DNA of 64,000 bases from Octopus sinensis (GCF_006345805.1 NC_043000.1:104656001-104720000); one strand, 5' to 3'; positions 22,919 to 37,646 are shown, counted from the first letter of the stretch. Numbers and translations: made by a program. Notes: generated by a model not told the origin, from the letters alone.

Positions 22919-23079
22919 CTTCGGAAAAAATCCAGTTATCTAAGAATAACCTCACAATTAGAAAGTGAAAGGTCCCCCTTGGGGCGTTTTAAAATTCAAT
23001 GATGACAGGAAAAGAATTTAGGTGGAGTAATGTTTTAATCAAAATATTTATAAATACTGACAATGCAGTATGTGTGATC

Positions 23080-23121
<42 letters not shown>

Positions 23122-23219
23122 TCGCTCGCGTGCGTGGACTGTTTCCGAATGTAATAATAGACCCGAAACCAGATGTAACTCGGACTGGTTATATGCCATT
23201 ACCAAAGCGTACTACTTGA

Positions 23220-23313
<94 letters not shown>

Positions 23314-23851
23314 TATGTATATGTATATGTATATATATCTATCAATCTATCTATCTATCTATCTACATATATATACATATATACATACATACATATACAT
23401 ATACCACACACACATAAATATATGTACCACCAACACAGACATAGATGTATGTACTTATGTGTATTGTGTATGTCTCTATCTACCCCACACTCGTAGTCTT
23501 TTCGTTGGTATTAGATTCCATACGTACATTATGACGTTCATATATAAAACGTATAAATTTAACCAATATATATATAAATATGATTTATGATACATTCAGA
23601 CAGAAAGAAGTCAATAACTTCTATCTACACAAAGAAAAAAAACTCTGGCCGAAAAAAACAAAAAAAAAATGTACCAAACCAACACCACGCTTACGCAAAC
23701 ACACCCACACAGACACAAATATACACACCCACTCACACATGCTAACATGTACATAGACAAATTCATAATACGTATTGATATATGTCCTTACTATCGCGCG
23801 TTCGTATGTATAAGTATATATAATATATATATATTATATATATATTATATA

Positions 23852-23885
<34 letters not shown>

Positions 23886-24070
23886 AGTATATGTATATAC
23901 ATACGTATATATGTGCATGTATATACATATATTTATATAATATAATATATATATATATATAATATATATGTGTGTGTTTGTATATATATATATATGTGTG
24001 TATGTGTGCGTGTGTGTATGTGTATATATATATATGTGTGTGTATATATATATATTTATATATATATATG

Positions 24071-24111
<41 letters not shown>

Positions 24112-24355
24112 TGCACACGCGCATATTATCTACACTCACACTAAAGCCAGCACGTGTTTGCGTGCGTGTATGCGCTTGTGAGCGCGTGTGTATGTATAAG
24201 TGTGGATGTGAGTGAAGGCATAGAGATGAAAGAGAGATACATATATACATCTACATAGTATAATGTAATATAATAGAAAGTAATACAATGATATGACATT
24301 ATATTACATTATGTATACAAACATACAAACTTACACACGCACACACACACACACA

Positions 24356-24395
<40 letters not shown>

Positions 24396-25719
24396 ACACA
24401 CGCACGCACGCACATGCACACCCATCTGTGTACGTTAGCGTCTTTTGTATGTATGGGTATGCATTTAGATGATTTTTCACATCACTGAACCTAACAAAAA
24501 TTCAATCTTCCAATACAGAGACAAGGTTTTGTTGCTGCTATTGTGATAACGGCAAACAATAATAACTGTAGTCGTCTGCTGCTAAATATTTCTCAGAAAC
24601 ATTTATTTTTTTTATTATTGTTATCATTATTATTTTCCTACTTCTCACAAGTGAATGTTAAAGAACTTCTATATGTATGAATGAGACTTTATTCTGTACA
24701 TAAAAGCTCGTGAATTCTGCATTAAGCGATTTGATATATAACGCAGCATGCAAGATAGAATTTGGTGAGAGAGAAGAAAGGATGAGAGAAAGAGAGAGAA
24801 AGAGAGAAGGGGGAATTGAGAGCGAGAGAGGGAAAGAGAGAAAGAAAGAGAGAGAAAGAGATAGAGAGAGCAAAAATTACCATAAATTCCAACCAAAAGC
24901 CAAAATAACTGGCCTACAATGAGCATCATGTGATGACAACTTGAATAACTGATGCACACAGACAAGAACTAAGGAATTTTTGGTCAAATTTGAAATGTAA
25001 AACCCTGAGGTCTACATACACTGACCAGCAGTGAAGTTTCAAACTAGTTGCAGGTGAGCTGAATCAAGTATCAAGTCAAAGAAAGTGGGACAAACATTTG
25101 GAAGACAGGTAATAAATGACTAAGTGAAGCTAATGGTTTCTGTGTGTTTTTGAATGGATAAAAGAACGTCTTTCAGGCTGTCAGTGCTTGAGTTTCAATA
25201 CACAGTTTTAGATCAAATCCTTTGCCAAACAAGTACGACTTCGAAAAGTTAAATTTATTCTTGCACGTTTACGACTTCGTTGTAGTACTGTAAAAATATT
25301 CGTTGGCAATTGCATTCATTAAAGTCTTTCAATAAATAGTACTTCAATAGATTTTATATAGTTATGTAACTAGTCTTAAAAGCGATTTTTTTATCGGTTT
25401 CTCTGATCAGGAAAGACAGTTTCATTTCCTGAAATTATAAACAAAATCAGTTAGTTGTACAGGTCCAAAGGTTCGGGTGCTTCTGGCTGACAAGATATGT
25501 GTTCAAATACCGCTGTTCCAGTGACCCTTGCTCATATAAGTCATGTGTGTCATTAACACACCGTCGTCATAAAAGTGGGGAGTTGTTTTCCTGTGACGTA
25601 TACACCAGCGACTAGCATATTTGCGCTTACATTTGCATGAATGTATTAAAAATAAATATGCAACTCATCGTTTAGTTTTAAAGGTTCTTCTGAAAATTAA
25701 TTAACAGCATGTTGAAATA

Positions 25720-26115
25720 TTCTTTTATTCCTTTTACTTGTTTCAGTCACTGGACTGCGGCCGTGCTGGAGCAAGCACCACTTTGAAGCGTTCAAATGAT
25801 CGAATCGACGCCAGTATTTATACATATTTTAAGGCTGGTGTTTACTTATTCTATCAAACATTTTTTGCAGGAACACTGAGTTACGTTGACGTAAACAAAC
25901 CAACACCTGTTGCCAAGCTGTAAGAGACAAACACAAAGACACACGCACGCAAGCACCTACACACAAATATATTCGGCGAGCTTGCGCACAGATCCTGTCT
26001 ATCAGGTTTATATACAAACCATTGGTCAGTCCAGTGCCACAGTAGGAAATACTTCCTCAATGTGCAACACAAAAGTATGCAGTTGCGAAACGAACTTCCT
26101 AACCACTTTACTATG
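25720..26115 (-). mobile_element. Diverged SINE family B copy
   Basis: Reverse complement of the family tail (TTACTTGTTTCAGTCA..GACTGCGGCCGTGCTGGAGCA) plus diverged body and head. Confidence 0.7.
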
Positions 26116-26698
26116 TCTGTTATAGAACTTCAAAACAGTAGAATTTCGTTAAATATGCCACTCCTCTACGATACATATTCTCGTTTCCTTTGAATTTTCA
26201 TGTAGTATTCACATTAAGTGAGCAATAGATTCCAACGTAAACACATACACGGGCGCGCGCGTACTCACACAGATGCGCACGCACACAAAACTTCCTAAGG
26301 TTCCTATCATTGTATATTTATGTTAATGTGTGCACGCGCGCGTGTCCTACTCAAACGTTTGTTCCACAGGTACCAATAGATTCATCCACGTCTGGTACAT
26401 CTCACTTTTAGGAATCTAGGATGAGTCTGAAAATATCCAGTCTTACGTGAAGCCACTGAACGCCGAAAGGCACTGAATTGTTGAATTCCCACAGAACATA
26501 TACAGACATACATGCACATACACATACACATATGCGAAGAGAGAGAAAGCGAGAGAGAAAAGGAGAGAGAGATGGAGATAAGTTGGTAGGTACAAGAACG
26601 TGTGTAAAGAACTAAAGTAAAAAATAATTTTTTACTGAATACCTAGGATAGGTAGAACTGTATTCTTTCTAATACAGCAATATATCGCTTTACTATCT

Positions 26699-26761
<63 letters not shown>

Positions 26762-27879
26762 TACACACACATACACGTTGAGAATATTTTTAAAGTATGA
26801 AAATAAAATTTTAAAATTAATGGTGGAAAGCAAATCCTAAATTCATCATAATTGCTTTAAAAGGTCAAATATCGCAACGTGCATCGGATAAAATGAGCGT
26901 GAGTGTTTGTACGTTCATTCTGTCATTCAATTTGCATGTTGACATCGTGCGTAAAAACAGTATTTACAATCTCTTTACTACTTTACTACTTTCGAATCAA
27001 TTTACTGTTCCAGTATGCCAAAAGGATAGTACAGGCGAATATTATTGATAATTACAGAAATGGAAAACAGCAAATTTAGAAATACAATATGAGATCGTCA
27101 ATGATCATAAATAAAGTAAAAGAAGAAAAATCGTTAAAAATTAACCGCCAATTTGTGTGTGTGTATGTGTGTGTGTGTGTGTGTGTGCATGCGAGGTAAT
27201 TCAACCGTATTTATGGTTATAATGTATACAGGAAAGTAACTGAATGAAAATAAAAATGTCAAGTCATTGAACTCAACAAAGGTAGTTAATAAAGAAGTGG
27301 TCAGCCTTATTCCTCGCATTTAACAACATGGGTAACTGTCTGAACTCAACATCCCTATTACATGTACAAAAGCCTTTTCCATTTTTTAAAAGATGAGCAA
27401 AGGCAAGAAAGAATGTGGCTGTCAAGAAAAATTAACTGCAAACAACGACTGGATTTAAAACGAGATGGTTGTCATGGTGAAAAAGTGTAAGAAGGTGCAA
27501 AGCACTAAATTTGTAGCAAAAGAAAAAAATATAATAAAACAAAAAAGCAAAAAGAAAAACAAATAGAAGAAATAGTAAAAGAATATGGTTAACCCCTGAC
27601 ACGTACAAACTATTAATATAGACGAAACGCACTTATTTTGTATGCGCATGCCAACAAGAAGCTACATTATAAATAAAAAAAAAGAGAAAAATCAGCGATG
27701 TTATATTTTAAGACAGATAATGATCGGCCAGTGTAATGGTTCTCGTGTTGGTCACTACCAGGCCACCCCAATAAAATGTTAGTAAAATTGATTGCTTCTG
27801 TTTATTGAAGAGAAGCTAAAATAGAGTTGCATCCATATAAATTTCTTTGCAATGGCAATGGACAAGTTATAAAAGTTTA

Positions 27880-29186
27880 AAACCATTTAATTTTATTACA
27901 CATGACAATTTGCTTGCCCTTTATTTCAATTATCCTTAGCGTTATTGTTTGGAGGGTAATACGGCGGAGATTGTAAGTTAAACCCATGCTAGTACACCGT
28001 GCCGAAAATCTAACTGTACTTAAAAGCTTCGTATAAGTTACATTATCTGCTATGTGGAGGGTAAATTTAAAAAAAAAATGTTTCGGTTACTGCTACACTG
28101 CTTAGATTTTGCATCACTTTGTACCTGAAATAAGAGAAAATATTGTGAAGGCAAAAATTTTCCATTTGTTTTGTTACTGATCCTAGATAATGCACTTGTC
28201 ATCCACAATCTCTACAACACCATCGTTAAATGTTAGATTAATGGACGAAAGCATTATTGCAGCATTTAAGGCATATCCTTTTCGATACACATTTGATCAG
28301 TTAATGACTGTTTTGATAAGGAAAGAAGCCCAACATAAAAGAATTTTAGAATCAGTCATGTTCGAGGTACAGTAAAAACAATAAAAGGAACCGGAACAAA
28401 TTACAGAGAAAAACATGAAAGACTTTGAGAATAAATTCCATCCTTAAGTTATTGATAATTTTGAGGGATTTGAAGGACCAATAGTGATTGTTCGAAATGA
28501 AACAGAATCGATCATTTGTTAATCAGATGCATCTTGATGTTTCTACGAATGACAGAAATGATCTGTTTCAGTTACATGACCAAGAGCTTGCAAACAAAAA
28601 CCGCTTTGAAATTAAAGAACATTATGAAAACGCTGAAGATCTAAAACCCGTGGCTGCTCTTTATTCTTTCGCTCTTGAAGGGCTACACGGAGCCTTTTCA
28701 CATATTCAAAAGGTAATTGCATTTTTAAGTTCCAGGGTTCAAATTTTGAGTGAAGTAGAAACGTTGCAGTAGATTTTTATAAATCTCGTTTCCATTCGTG
28801 AAATTTAAGAAGAAAGAAAAAGACTTCTATGAAAGCAAGGAACTCATATCATATTTATGATTAAAAAATGAGACTACAGTTACGATCTTCAAAGCAACAT
28901 CAAAACGAGCGGCAAAGCAACACTGAGTGATGAATATAAAAATAATACTTTTTTTTTTTAATAATTTCTAAAGGATTTATTTGATATGTACAATACATTA
29001 AATCATTGTCTATAACTATACTGTGGCGTTATTGTTCTTTATTTAACATTTGGAAAGTCTGTATGTCAAACTCACCAGTGGGAACATAACATTATTTAAC
29101 ATTATTTCTATGTCAAACAGTCTCTCAATTAACGATCGTTTGCCTGACGATTGAACATTTGGACTCGGTAAGAAAAGGTATTCCTG
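27880..29186 (+). mobile_element. Old pogo/Tigger-like transposon relic
   Basis: Fragments translating as LLFGG/NTA..CKLNPMLVHRAEN, LLILDNA and LMDESIIAAFKAY. The right end AGGTATTCCTG|TA resembles a Tigger TIR (CAGGAATACCT on minus). Confidence 0.75.
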
Positions 29187-29441
29187 TACAATAGGATAAC
29201 CTGTTTTGATTTTATCTGTTGACGAGAATAAACGTCAATGAATTAGATAAAAATAATCCGATGTGTTGAGGCAACGGCTTTGAACAATGAAGAAAGATTG
29301 GTAGCTTAATTTGAAAGAGAAAAGCTACCAAGTGTTTGTGATGTAAATAGCACGTATTTTATTCTAATATTGTTTAGATAAATAAACCTAGGTATAGATA
29401 GAACGCGCGCACACATACACAAACACACGTACGCAAACACG

Positions 29442-29517
<76 letters not shown>

Positions 29518-29899
29518 TGTTCTATCTATCTATATATATATACGTGTGGGAAGGGGTGCATTTAAGTGATTCTGCACTTACTTTATTTTTCGTCTCTTTT
29601 TTTTCTTCTACATTTTCTTTTATCTATTCTTTTTCTCTTCTTTTCTCTCGAACCCTCTTTTCGATAAAAGACTTTCGTCTGAAAGATTAAAGACATTTCT
29701 ACTTCTCTGAATGTCAACCTAACACATTAAGTTTTATCTTCTTTCTCGTTGTTCGTTTTTATAACACTTACATACACGAGTAAACACGCACACACATACA
29801 TACATGCACATACGCACACAGACAGATAGACAATCAAACACATACACACACAGACAGATAGACAATCAAACACATACACACACAATCATATATTTTGAA

Positions 29900-30520
29900 G
29901 ATGCGGCTCTGTTCGAATTTAATCTATTTTGTATTAGAGATTTTTAATATTTTCGTATTAGTTCTTTAAGTATGGGTCAATAACGTTCCTAAGTCCATTA
30001 ATGTTTCAAAATCTCCACGACCTCTATTTTCTGTATGATATTATGATAATAGCAGATTGTTGCAGCATTTTGTTGTAGGCAGCAAGAGGTTATGAGAATA
30101 ATGTTGTAACTGATAAGGCCGGTTGATTCCTAGTTACTGTCATAGTTTATTTCATCTGTGATGCATCTGTTGCATTTTGGAGAATACGATATAGGACGGT
30201 AGTGTTTTTCAGTCAAATGTTGGCACACGTTTTCTGTTTTATGGGTTTTTGGTGGCGTATTCAGTCTATAACTTGATTGGATTTGGTTCATGCATTAAAC
30301 TATGTCTGTGGTTGGTGTGTTTTTATCAGGTGTTGTATTTGTGTGGGTGAATTTGTTATATTAGTGTATTCAATCATGTGTTATTAACTAATGTCTGTTT
30401 AACTCTTAAGATCTCCCTATTTAAAGTTTCTTTCGTATATGAAATTTTAAGGGCTCGTTTCAAAAAAAATTTATCCTCCTGCTTTATAGTCATTTGTTTT
30501 CCTTTTTGTGAGTATGTTCA
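29900..30520 (-). mobile_element. PLE RT-thumb remnant
   Basis: The minus strand at about 30375-30470 translates as LKRALKISYTKETLNREILRVKQTLVNN, typical of the PLE post-RT region. Confidence 0.55.
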
Positions 30521-31049
30521 GGCACTATATGAATTTCCCCTATCCATTGGAATGTTCAGATTAGTGCTCGAATTTTGGTTGTCATAGACACAACGTTTCG
30601 GCCGTTGTGTCACCCTTCATTTTCTTGATATTTCGTATTCAATAATGATTTCGGGATTTGGAACCGAACCTTTTATTAAATCCAGGGCATAGATTGTTCT
30701 CATTCCGTTGTCCATACAAAAGATATTCTCCTTAGCTATTCTACTACTTGCTATGCCACTAGTTCAATATAATTCATCCAGAACATATATAGCTTGACTG
30801 ACCCAGGGATTGAACTCATGCCTCTTTGCTAAATTACTACGTTTAATCAAGGCTTGCATCCACAATCCCATTATCCCGCGCGGGTAATTAGGAAGGGGTA
30901 ATTAGGAGCCTTGAACCTAATTTATTTTAATGGTCTTTGATTTAATGTTTCGTCTTTAATTATGGTGTTTATCTCTATGTCCGTCCAACTAAGAAGCTTA
31001 TTATCATCCCAGCATATATTCTGATTCTTTCAGTTATCTTATCTTCTTA

Positions 31050-31540
31050 TCTTTCAGAGTTGTTCCCTATCTATTAATTTGACTTTGTTTTACAAGAGTT
31101 AGTGACTGCCTTTTTTCGCTCCACAAATGATCTGCCATGTCAGATTTTACCTCTCTCTACGGATCATCGCTTTACGATGTTCCTCTGGCCTTACTTTCAG
31201 AAAGTGGCTGGTCTCACCTCCATATTCACTGCTACAAATACATGGGATCGAATTTATAGAGTTCTTGTCAAGATGGAGGCTGTGTTCATGAGAGATGTTC
31301 CCGAAAGTTAAACTTGCTTTTAAATATTGTATTGATGTTGTATGGACCACAGATCTGAAATGTTTATTACGTACCTCTAATGGAAGGTAGACCAACAAGT
31401 GGCAGTATTTTGACTAACATTCTCGACCATTAAATTTCTTCTCTTGGAAGCCGGCATTATGCATGTTGGGGAGTTATTAATCTAAAGGTGATTCTAGTCT
31501 GGATCATTTTTTGTTAGTATGTGTCTGGGTTGCCGTTTAA
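31050..31540 (-). mobile_element. PLE GIY-YIG endonuclease remnant
   Basis: ORF 31147-31398 (minus) contains SIPCICSSEYGGETSHFLKVRPEEHRKA (pattern C.C...Y.GET...L..R..EH). Confidence 0.7.
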
Positions 31541-31994
31541 GAGTTTTTCTCGGTGTTGTAAGTGCAGACAACTCTTGCCTTCGCATTGCATAGATGGCCG
31601 GAATCAAAGGTGAATGTGGGCTTGTGAAATAGCGATGGCGTGAATCAACACTCTGAGTAAGTTATTAGCACATTCATAAAGGTCAGTTATTCTTTTCTCT
31701 TGTCAAATGTACAGAAGCTCTTATTGTGTTTATATGGCGCAATAGTACTCGCGCTTGTTTGTGGTAAGGCCTGAGTATGAAGTTGTTATCTACACAGCTC
31801 AGCCACATGGCTTAAGTGATGTTCCTAAAGCCATTTCCTCAAATATCCCTTTGTATTTGTTTGCTATCACTGGGGATAACGGCAAACCCACAACTGAAGC
31901 TTCTTCCTATCGATATATATCAAAGAGTGGCCTGAATTTACCAGCGCAGTTAGAAGTCGTATTGTAGATAGAAAGAAATGGAGACAGAGAACGA

Positions 31995-32032
<38 letters not shown>

Positions 32033-32439
32033 TAAAGTGATATTGTGATAGTTGAAAGTAATGTTGGCAAGATTGAAGAACGAATGGTGAGATACATTAG
32101 AGGGAACATGATTATAATCGCAGAGACGTGACGATCAAGAGGTAGTAAGTTTGAGGAGAAAGAAAATAGTTAGGAATTGGAGAGTGGAGAGCACAAAGTC
32201 AATGAAACAGAAGGTTGTGGTAGGGACAAAACGAAGTAGGAAAACCAAAAAGTTAGGCATTTTGAAGAGCAAGGAGATAAGCGACGAGAATGGTGAGCAA
32301 GAAATCGTATTTAAATTTTTTTCAATTAACGTCAGAATATCATTTACATAATCAGAGACGATCTTTAGAAGCATTACCTTCACCGCCTACGTCCTATCAC
32401 CAACACTGCTTCCATAATAACTCTAACCCCAGCCACAAC

Positions 32440-32509
32440 CGCCGCCACCACCACCACCACCACCACCACTACCCACCGCCATCTTCACCACCGCTACTAC
32501 TACTACTAT

Positions 32510-32570
<61 letters not shown>

Positions 32571-33615
32571 GTTGCTGCTGCTGCTACTATCGCTGATCGT
32601 ATCGGTTTTGAGGATGCTATGGCATTGATGGCAGTGATGATGATGTGATATGAAGTGATTAGTTGAGTGTTAGTAGTAGTAGTAGTAGTAGTAGCAGTAG
32701 TAGTAGCAGTAGTAGTAGCAGTAGTAGCAGTAGTCATCGTCGTCGTCGTTGTCGTAGTAATAGTAGTTGTAGTAGTAGTATTAGTATTAGTAGTAGTAGT
32801 AGTCAAAATGAAGGCGGTGGTGTGGTAATGGGATTAATAGTGTTTGTTATAGTTGAGGTTGTATGGTCATAATACTGATGGTGGTGGTGGTGGTCGTGGT
32901 CTTCGTGGTCGTGGTACTGGTGGTGATGGTGGTGGTGGTGCTGCTGCTGGTCGTGGTGCTAGTGGTGCTGATGGTAATGGCGGTTGTAATGATAGTTATT
33001 ATTGAAGAAATGATAAATGGAATTGTAGTAGAAAAGCAATAAATTGTTGTTGTTGTGGTGGTGGTGGTATTGGTGGTGATGGAGGTGGTGGTGGGTGGTG
33101 GTGGTGGTGGTGGTGGTGTTGGTGGTTTTGATGTTAATGGGAAAGACGGTGGTATGTTGGCGGTAGAAATGGTGGTTGTGATTGAAAAGGTGATAAGAGG
33201 TAGATAGTGGTGGTAGTGGTGGTGGATGTCATGGTTCTTTTGTTGTTGTTATTGGTGATGGTAGTGGTGGTGCTGGTGGTGGTAGGGATAGTGGTGGAAT
33301 AAAAGTTTATTGGTAATGGGTGTTCGGGAGTGGGTGTGGATGGAGGGTGGGTAACAATTAACATCATTCATTGTTAATTATTAATCAATTAATTTATCTT
33401 TATTGCCCCTCTCTTTGTCTCTATCACTCTCTCGTTCTCTGCCTCCTCCCCCTCTCTCTTTGCCCAGATTAACCGATAATTTCCATCGATTTATATATTT
33501 GTTTATTTAATCTGTATGCGTGTGTGTGCGCGCGCGCACACGTGTGTAGGTCTATGTATATTAACACGCATGTGCAATCACACATTCCGTTAGTTTTAAA
33601 AAATGTGAGACTACT

Positions 33616-33652
<37 letters not shown>

Positions 33653-33704
33653 TCTTCTTCTTCTTCTACTACTACTACTACTAATGATAATAATAATAAT
33701 ATAT

Positions 33705-33754
<50 letters not shown>

Positions 33755-33847
33755 TAATAAATTCTTCCTTCCTCTGGGGCTGATAAGATAAAGTACAGTC
33801 AGTTACTGGGTTGATTTAATCGATTACATCACTCTACCGTATTATTA

Positions 33848-33912
<65 letters not shown>

Positions 33913-33938
33913 ATATTTTATTATTATTATTATTATTA

Positions 33939-33975
<37 letters not shown>

Positions 33976-33990
33976 TTATTATTATTATTT
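32440..33990. repeat. Compound trinucleotide microsatellite field (ACC, ACT, AGT, GGT, AAT, ATT)
   Basis: Read directly from the sequence. Confidence 0.9.
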
Positions 33991-34242
33991 GATTGAATTG
34001 AGGATGAACGTAAAGAGATGTGACTAATTACTTGCAAAGCATTCTGTGAAGTTGTCAGATACAGTCACAAACTTTTGTGGGGCCGAAGACAGCTGCTTTA
34101 ATCGGCACTAATATCTACCTGCCTTTTTATTTTAACGATTGCAGAAGGAGGAAATGCAAAATCAAATCTTTGAAGATTTGCACTCAAAGTTTATAAAATG
34201 CTTCAACGATGTTTTTGTCCGCGCGCTACTGATTCTACCAAT

Positions 34243-34303
<61 letters not shown>

Positions 34304-34942
34304 TAGAGAGAGAGAGAGAAGAGAGGAAGAGAGAGAGAAAGGAGGAGAGAGAGAGAGGAGAAAAAGAGGAGAGAGAGAAGATAAGAAGAGAGAGAGAGAG
34401 AGAGAGAGGAGGAGAGAGAGAGAGAAGAAGGAGAGTATGTTGTGGGATACAGAACATGAATGTCTACTTGCATTCTCATCGCTAGCTGGTTTGTTGCCAT
34501 TGGGACTCGCAAGCTGAAATACTTGAGAACCTTTTCGAAGTATCAGCAATTGTGCTAGGTTCCAGGGAACCTGTTGTTTCTTCTGGTGACCACGAGGCAA
34601 TATTTGAACTCTGAATTCTGCCAGCATAATGTCCTGGATGGAATGGTACGTTATTCAACGACTCCGAAAAAGGTGAAAGCAACTTTGACCTCGGCGCAGA
34701 GAATAGGAACAAATCCTTCCGAGCATTCTCTCCAACTCTCTAATTAACTTACCAATTCACCGCCGAATTATAATGAGTATTATTTCTTATAGATTGGAAT
34801 TAGGTCGGAGATTCAGTTGTAAGGGTCAATCGATTTTGTGGATCCCAGTACTTGACACCTACTTTATTTTATCGCCCCAGGATGATGTCGCCAAAAATTA
34901 ATTATAGTTAATATCATATGCCTAATTCACACACACACACAT

Positions 34943-35340
34943 GAGTGGCTGTGTGGTAAGTAGCTTGTTTACCAACCACATGGTTCCGGGTTCAGTCCCA
35001 CTGCATGGCACCTTGGGCAAGTGTCTTCTACTGTAGCCTCGGGCCGACCAAAGCCTTGTGAGTGGATTTGGTAGACGGAAACTGAAAGAAGCCCGTCGTA
35101 TATATGTATATATATATATGCGTGTGTGTGTTTGTGTGTCTATGTTTGTCCCCCTAGCATTGCTTGACAACCATTGCTGGTGTGTTTATGTCCCCGTCAC
35201 TTAGCGGTTCGGCAAAAGAGACCGATAGAATAGGTACTGGGCTTACAAAGAACAAGTCAAGTTTCTCGATTAAAGGCGGTGCTCCAGCATGGCCGCAGTC
35301 GAATGACTGAAACAAGTAAAAGAGTAAAGAGTAAAGAATA
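34943..35340 (+). mobile_element. tRNA-derived SINE family B
   Basis: Near-identical to 17371-17786, with a short deletion in the tail. Confidence 0.9.
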
Positions 35341-35347
35341 TATATAT

Positions 35348-35560
35348 ATATTCAATCATATCAAAGGGAAATGGAAATTAATAGAAATTTTCATTTCCAG
35401 TGGCCTAGCGTGTAAAAATGTAGTCCAAAGACTATGTATTAGTCATAAAATACAGTATTTTATGAGTAATACATAGTCTTTGGACTAATTTTTTACACGC
35501 TAATGCCACTGGAAATGAAAATTTCTATTAATTTCCATTTCTCTTTGATATAATTAAATA
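35348..35560. repeat. Near-perfect ~213-bp palindrome (106-bp arms, 1-nt spacer at 35454)
   Basis: Centre ..GTCCAAAGACTATGTATTAGTCATAAAATAC-A-GTATTTTATGAGTAATACATAGTCTTTGGAC.., extending outwards to ATATTCAATCATATCAAAG / CTTTGATATAATTAAATAT. Confidence 0.92.
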
Positions 35561-35915
35561 TTATAAGTGTTTGGATAATTTTCGATTTTTAAAAGTTGGC
35601 ATTTTTTTATTGCCGGTGAAGGACTGCTTCTGCGCAGTAGATGTTGACAAAATTAGTATGTATAAACAAGAGGCACATAGTTGATCGCCTCGTGTTTATA
35701 TATATAATTCTAAGGTGTCTCTGTTGAAAGCGATTTCACCTCCCGAGTATAAGTTATTTACTTGCTAAACTAAAATCAGAAACCAATTGGTCCAGGAAAT
35801 TAGATGGTAAAATGTTTTTGTGCACAAACATATATGCACTATAGTTAGTGGGGGTTGGTTTTTTTTTTATGTGTCGAGCTATTCCGCGTCGGACTCCGGA
35901 GTGATATATGATCAC

Positions 35916-35952
<37 letters not shown>

Positions 35953-36016
35953 ACATATATATGCATATATATATATATGCATATATATATATATATATAA
36001 TATATATATATATATA

Positions 36017-36072
<56 letters not shown>

Positions 36073-36159
36073 ATATAATATTAAAATATATAAATATATG
36101 CATATATACATACATATATGTACATACCTACATATATATGTATATATACATGCATATAT

Positions 36160-36600
36160 GGGTACAGGACATTAAAAAAACGTTGAACACAACGAGAAAC
36201 GAAAACATAAAAACAAAAACATAGAAACGAACTGTTTTTCGAACAACGGAAATAAACAAACAGAGAACGAGACATACAACATAAAGAATATTCCCCTTCT
36301 TCAGTTGTCCCTGTTTCAACTACTCCACATTTCGAAGGCAAGGACAAGACGCGACTTCGTTGAAACAATCCTTGCCGCAAAGCAAATTAAATAAAATTTG
36401 GGATTTTTGGCGGAGGGTGAAAGTGGTAACAAGAACAGGACAGTGAGAACAAAACAGTAAAAACAAACGGTGAGGGCTGGTAAGCCAAGACGATAGAAAC
36501 ATTATTATTATGAACGCTTAGGAAAACGAGCTTATGAAGGAGACAGTATAAGCACGTTTAGTCTTTGCGAAGGTTGTGAATAGAAAGGTAGATTCTCTTT
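36160..36600 (-). mobile_element. Dispersed non-coding repeat, probably a PLE tail (second copy 52035-52200)
   Basis: 36160-36328 aligns with 52035-52199. Minus-strand CTGAAGAAG and ..CAACGAAG..CTTCGAAATGT are hammerhead-like fragments. Ends in TA/TG microsatellite. Confidence 0.55.
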
Positions 36601-36844
36601 CGTCATGTATGCGTGTGTGTGTGTGTGTGTGTGTGTGCGTGTGTGTGTGTGTGTGTGAATGTGATTATATGCATATAAATTAGTTGTAAAGATGTGGATT
36701 CTGAAGAATCGTGCGGTTATCACATTAAGGATAGACAACTACATAAATTTCTATCTAGTACTTTAACTTAATTGATATGAAGCAACATGTCTTCACTTTT
36801 ACTGACTATATCAATCTAATGTTGTACTGTTTCGGTCTTCCATA

Positions 36845-36883
<39 letters not shown>

Positions 36884-36884
<1 letters not shown>

Positions 36885-37146
36885 TGAGACCCCTTCAGTC
36901 ATGACTGACCGAGGGATTCCACCTAGGAAGTTGCCCTCCCAGGCACAAGTCCGAGCAAGGTTGTTTATGGAAGACCAGCAGTCGCCCATGCGTACCGGCC
37001 TCCCCTCTCCACGCCACCAGTGTTATCCAAGGGAAAGGCAAAGGCCGATAGAGCTTGGCACCTGTGACGTCGCAACTCATTTCTACAGCTGAGTGAACTG
37101 GAGCAACGTGAAATAAAGTGTCTTGCTAGGGAACACAACACGCAGG
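36884..37146 (-). mobile_element. SINE family C body and tail (GC-rich)
   Basis: GC-rich block adjacent to (TA)n. Its right end (GAGCAACGTGAAATAAAGTGTCTTGCT..GAACACAACAC) matches the family C head region on the minus strand. Confidence 0.65.
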
Positions 37147-37458
37147 GTTGAATTGTGGCTGTAACCATGATATTCTGGTGATCTGATGAGCTAGCTTTCT
37201 TTAATTACATTAATTTGTGAATATAGAACTCAATTGTATAATGCTGAGCGTGCTTATTAACGCAAACATGTACGCATAATCTCTTTCACATTGAAATTAA
37301 AACTACATGAAGAAAGTTACAGGACGGCCGTAATCCAATGGATGTCACGTGGTTAAATAAATATAAATTCACCCTTCGTACCATTTTATGGTTTTGTAAG
37401 GCAAACTGCAAAGTTAACACCCAAACTTAATTGCTATATTTATATGTGTGTGTATGTG

Positions 37459-37600
<142 letters not shown>

Positions 37601-37646
37601 ATATATATATATATATTATATATATATATATATATGTATATATATA

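Noticed and set aside
30587-30625. GACACAACG/CGTTGTGTC hairpin with GGCCGAAACGTT on the minus strand
   Set aside because: CUGANGA is absent (ATGAAGG), so it is too degenerate to call a ribozyme.
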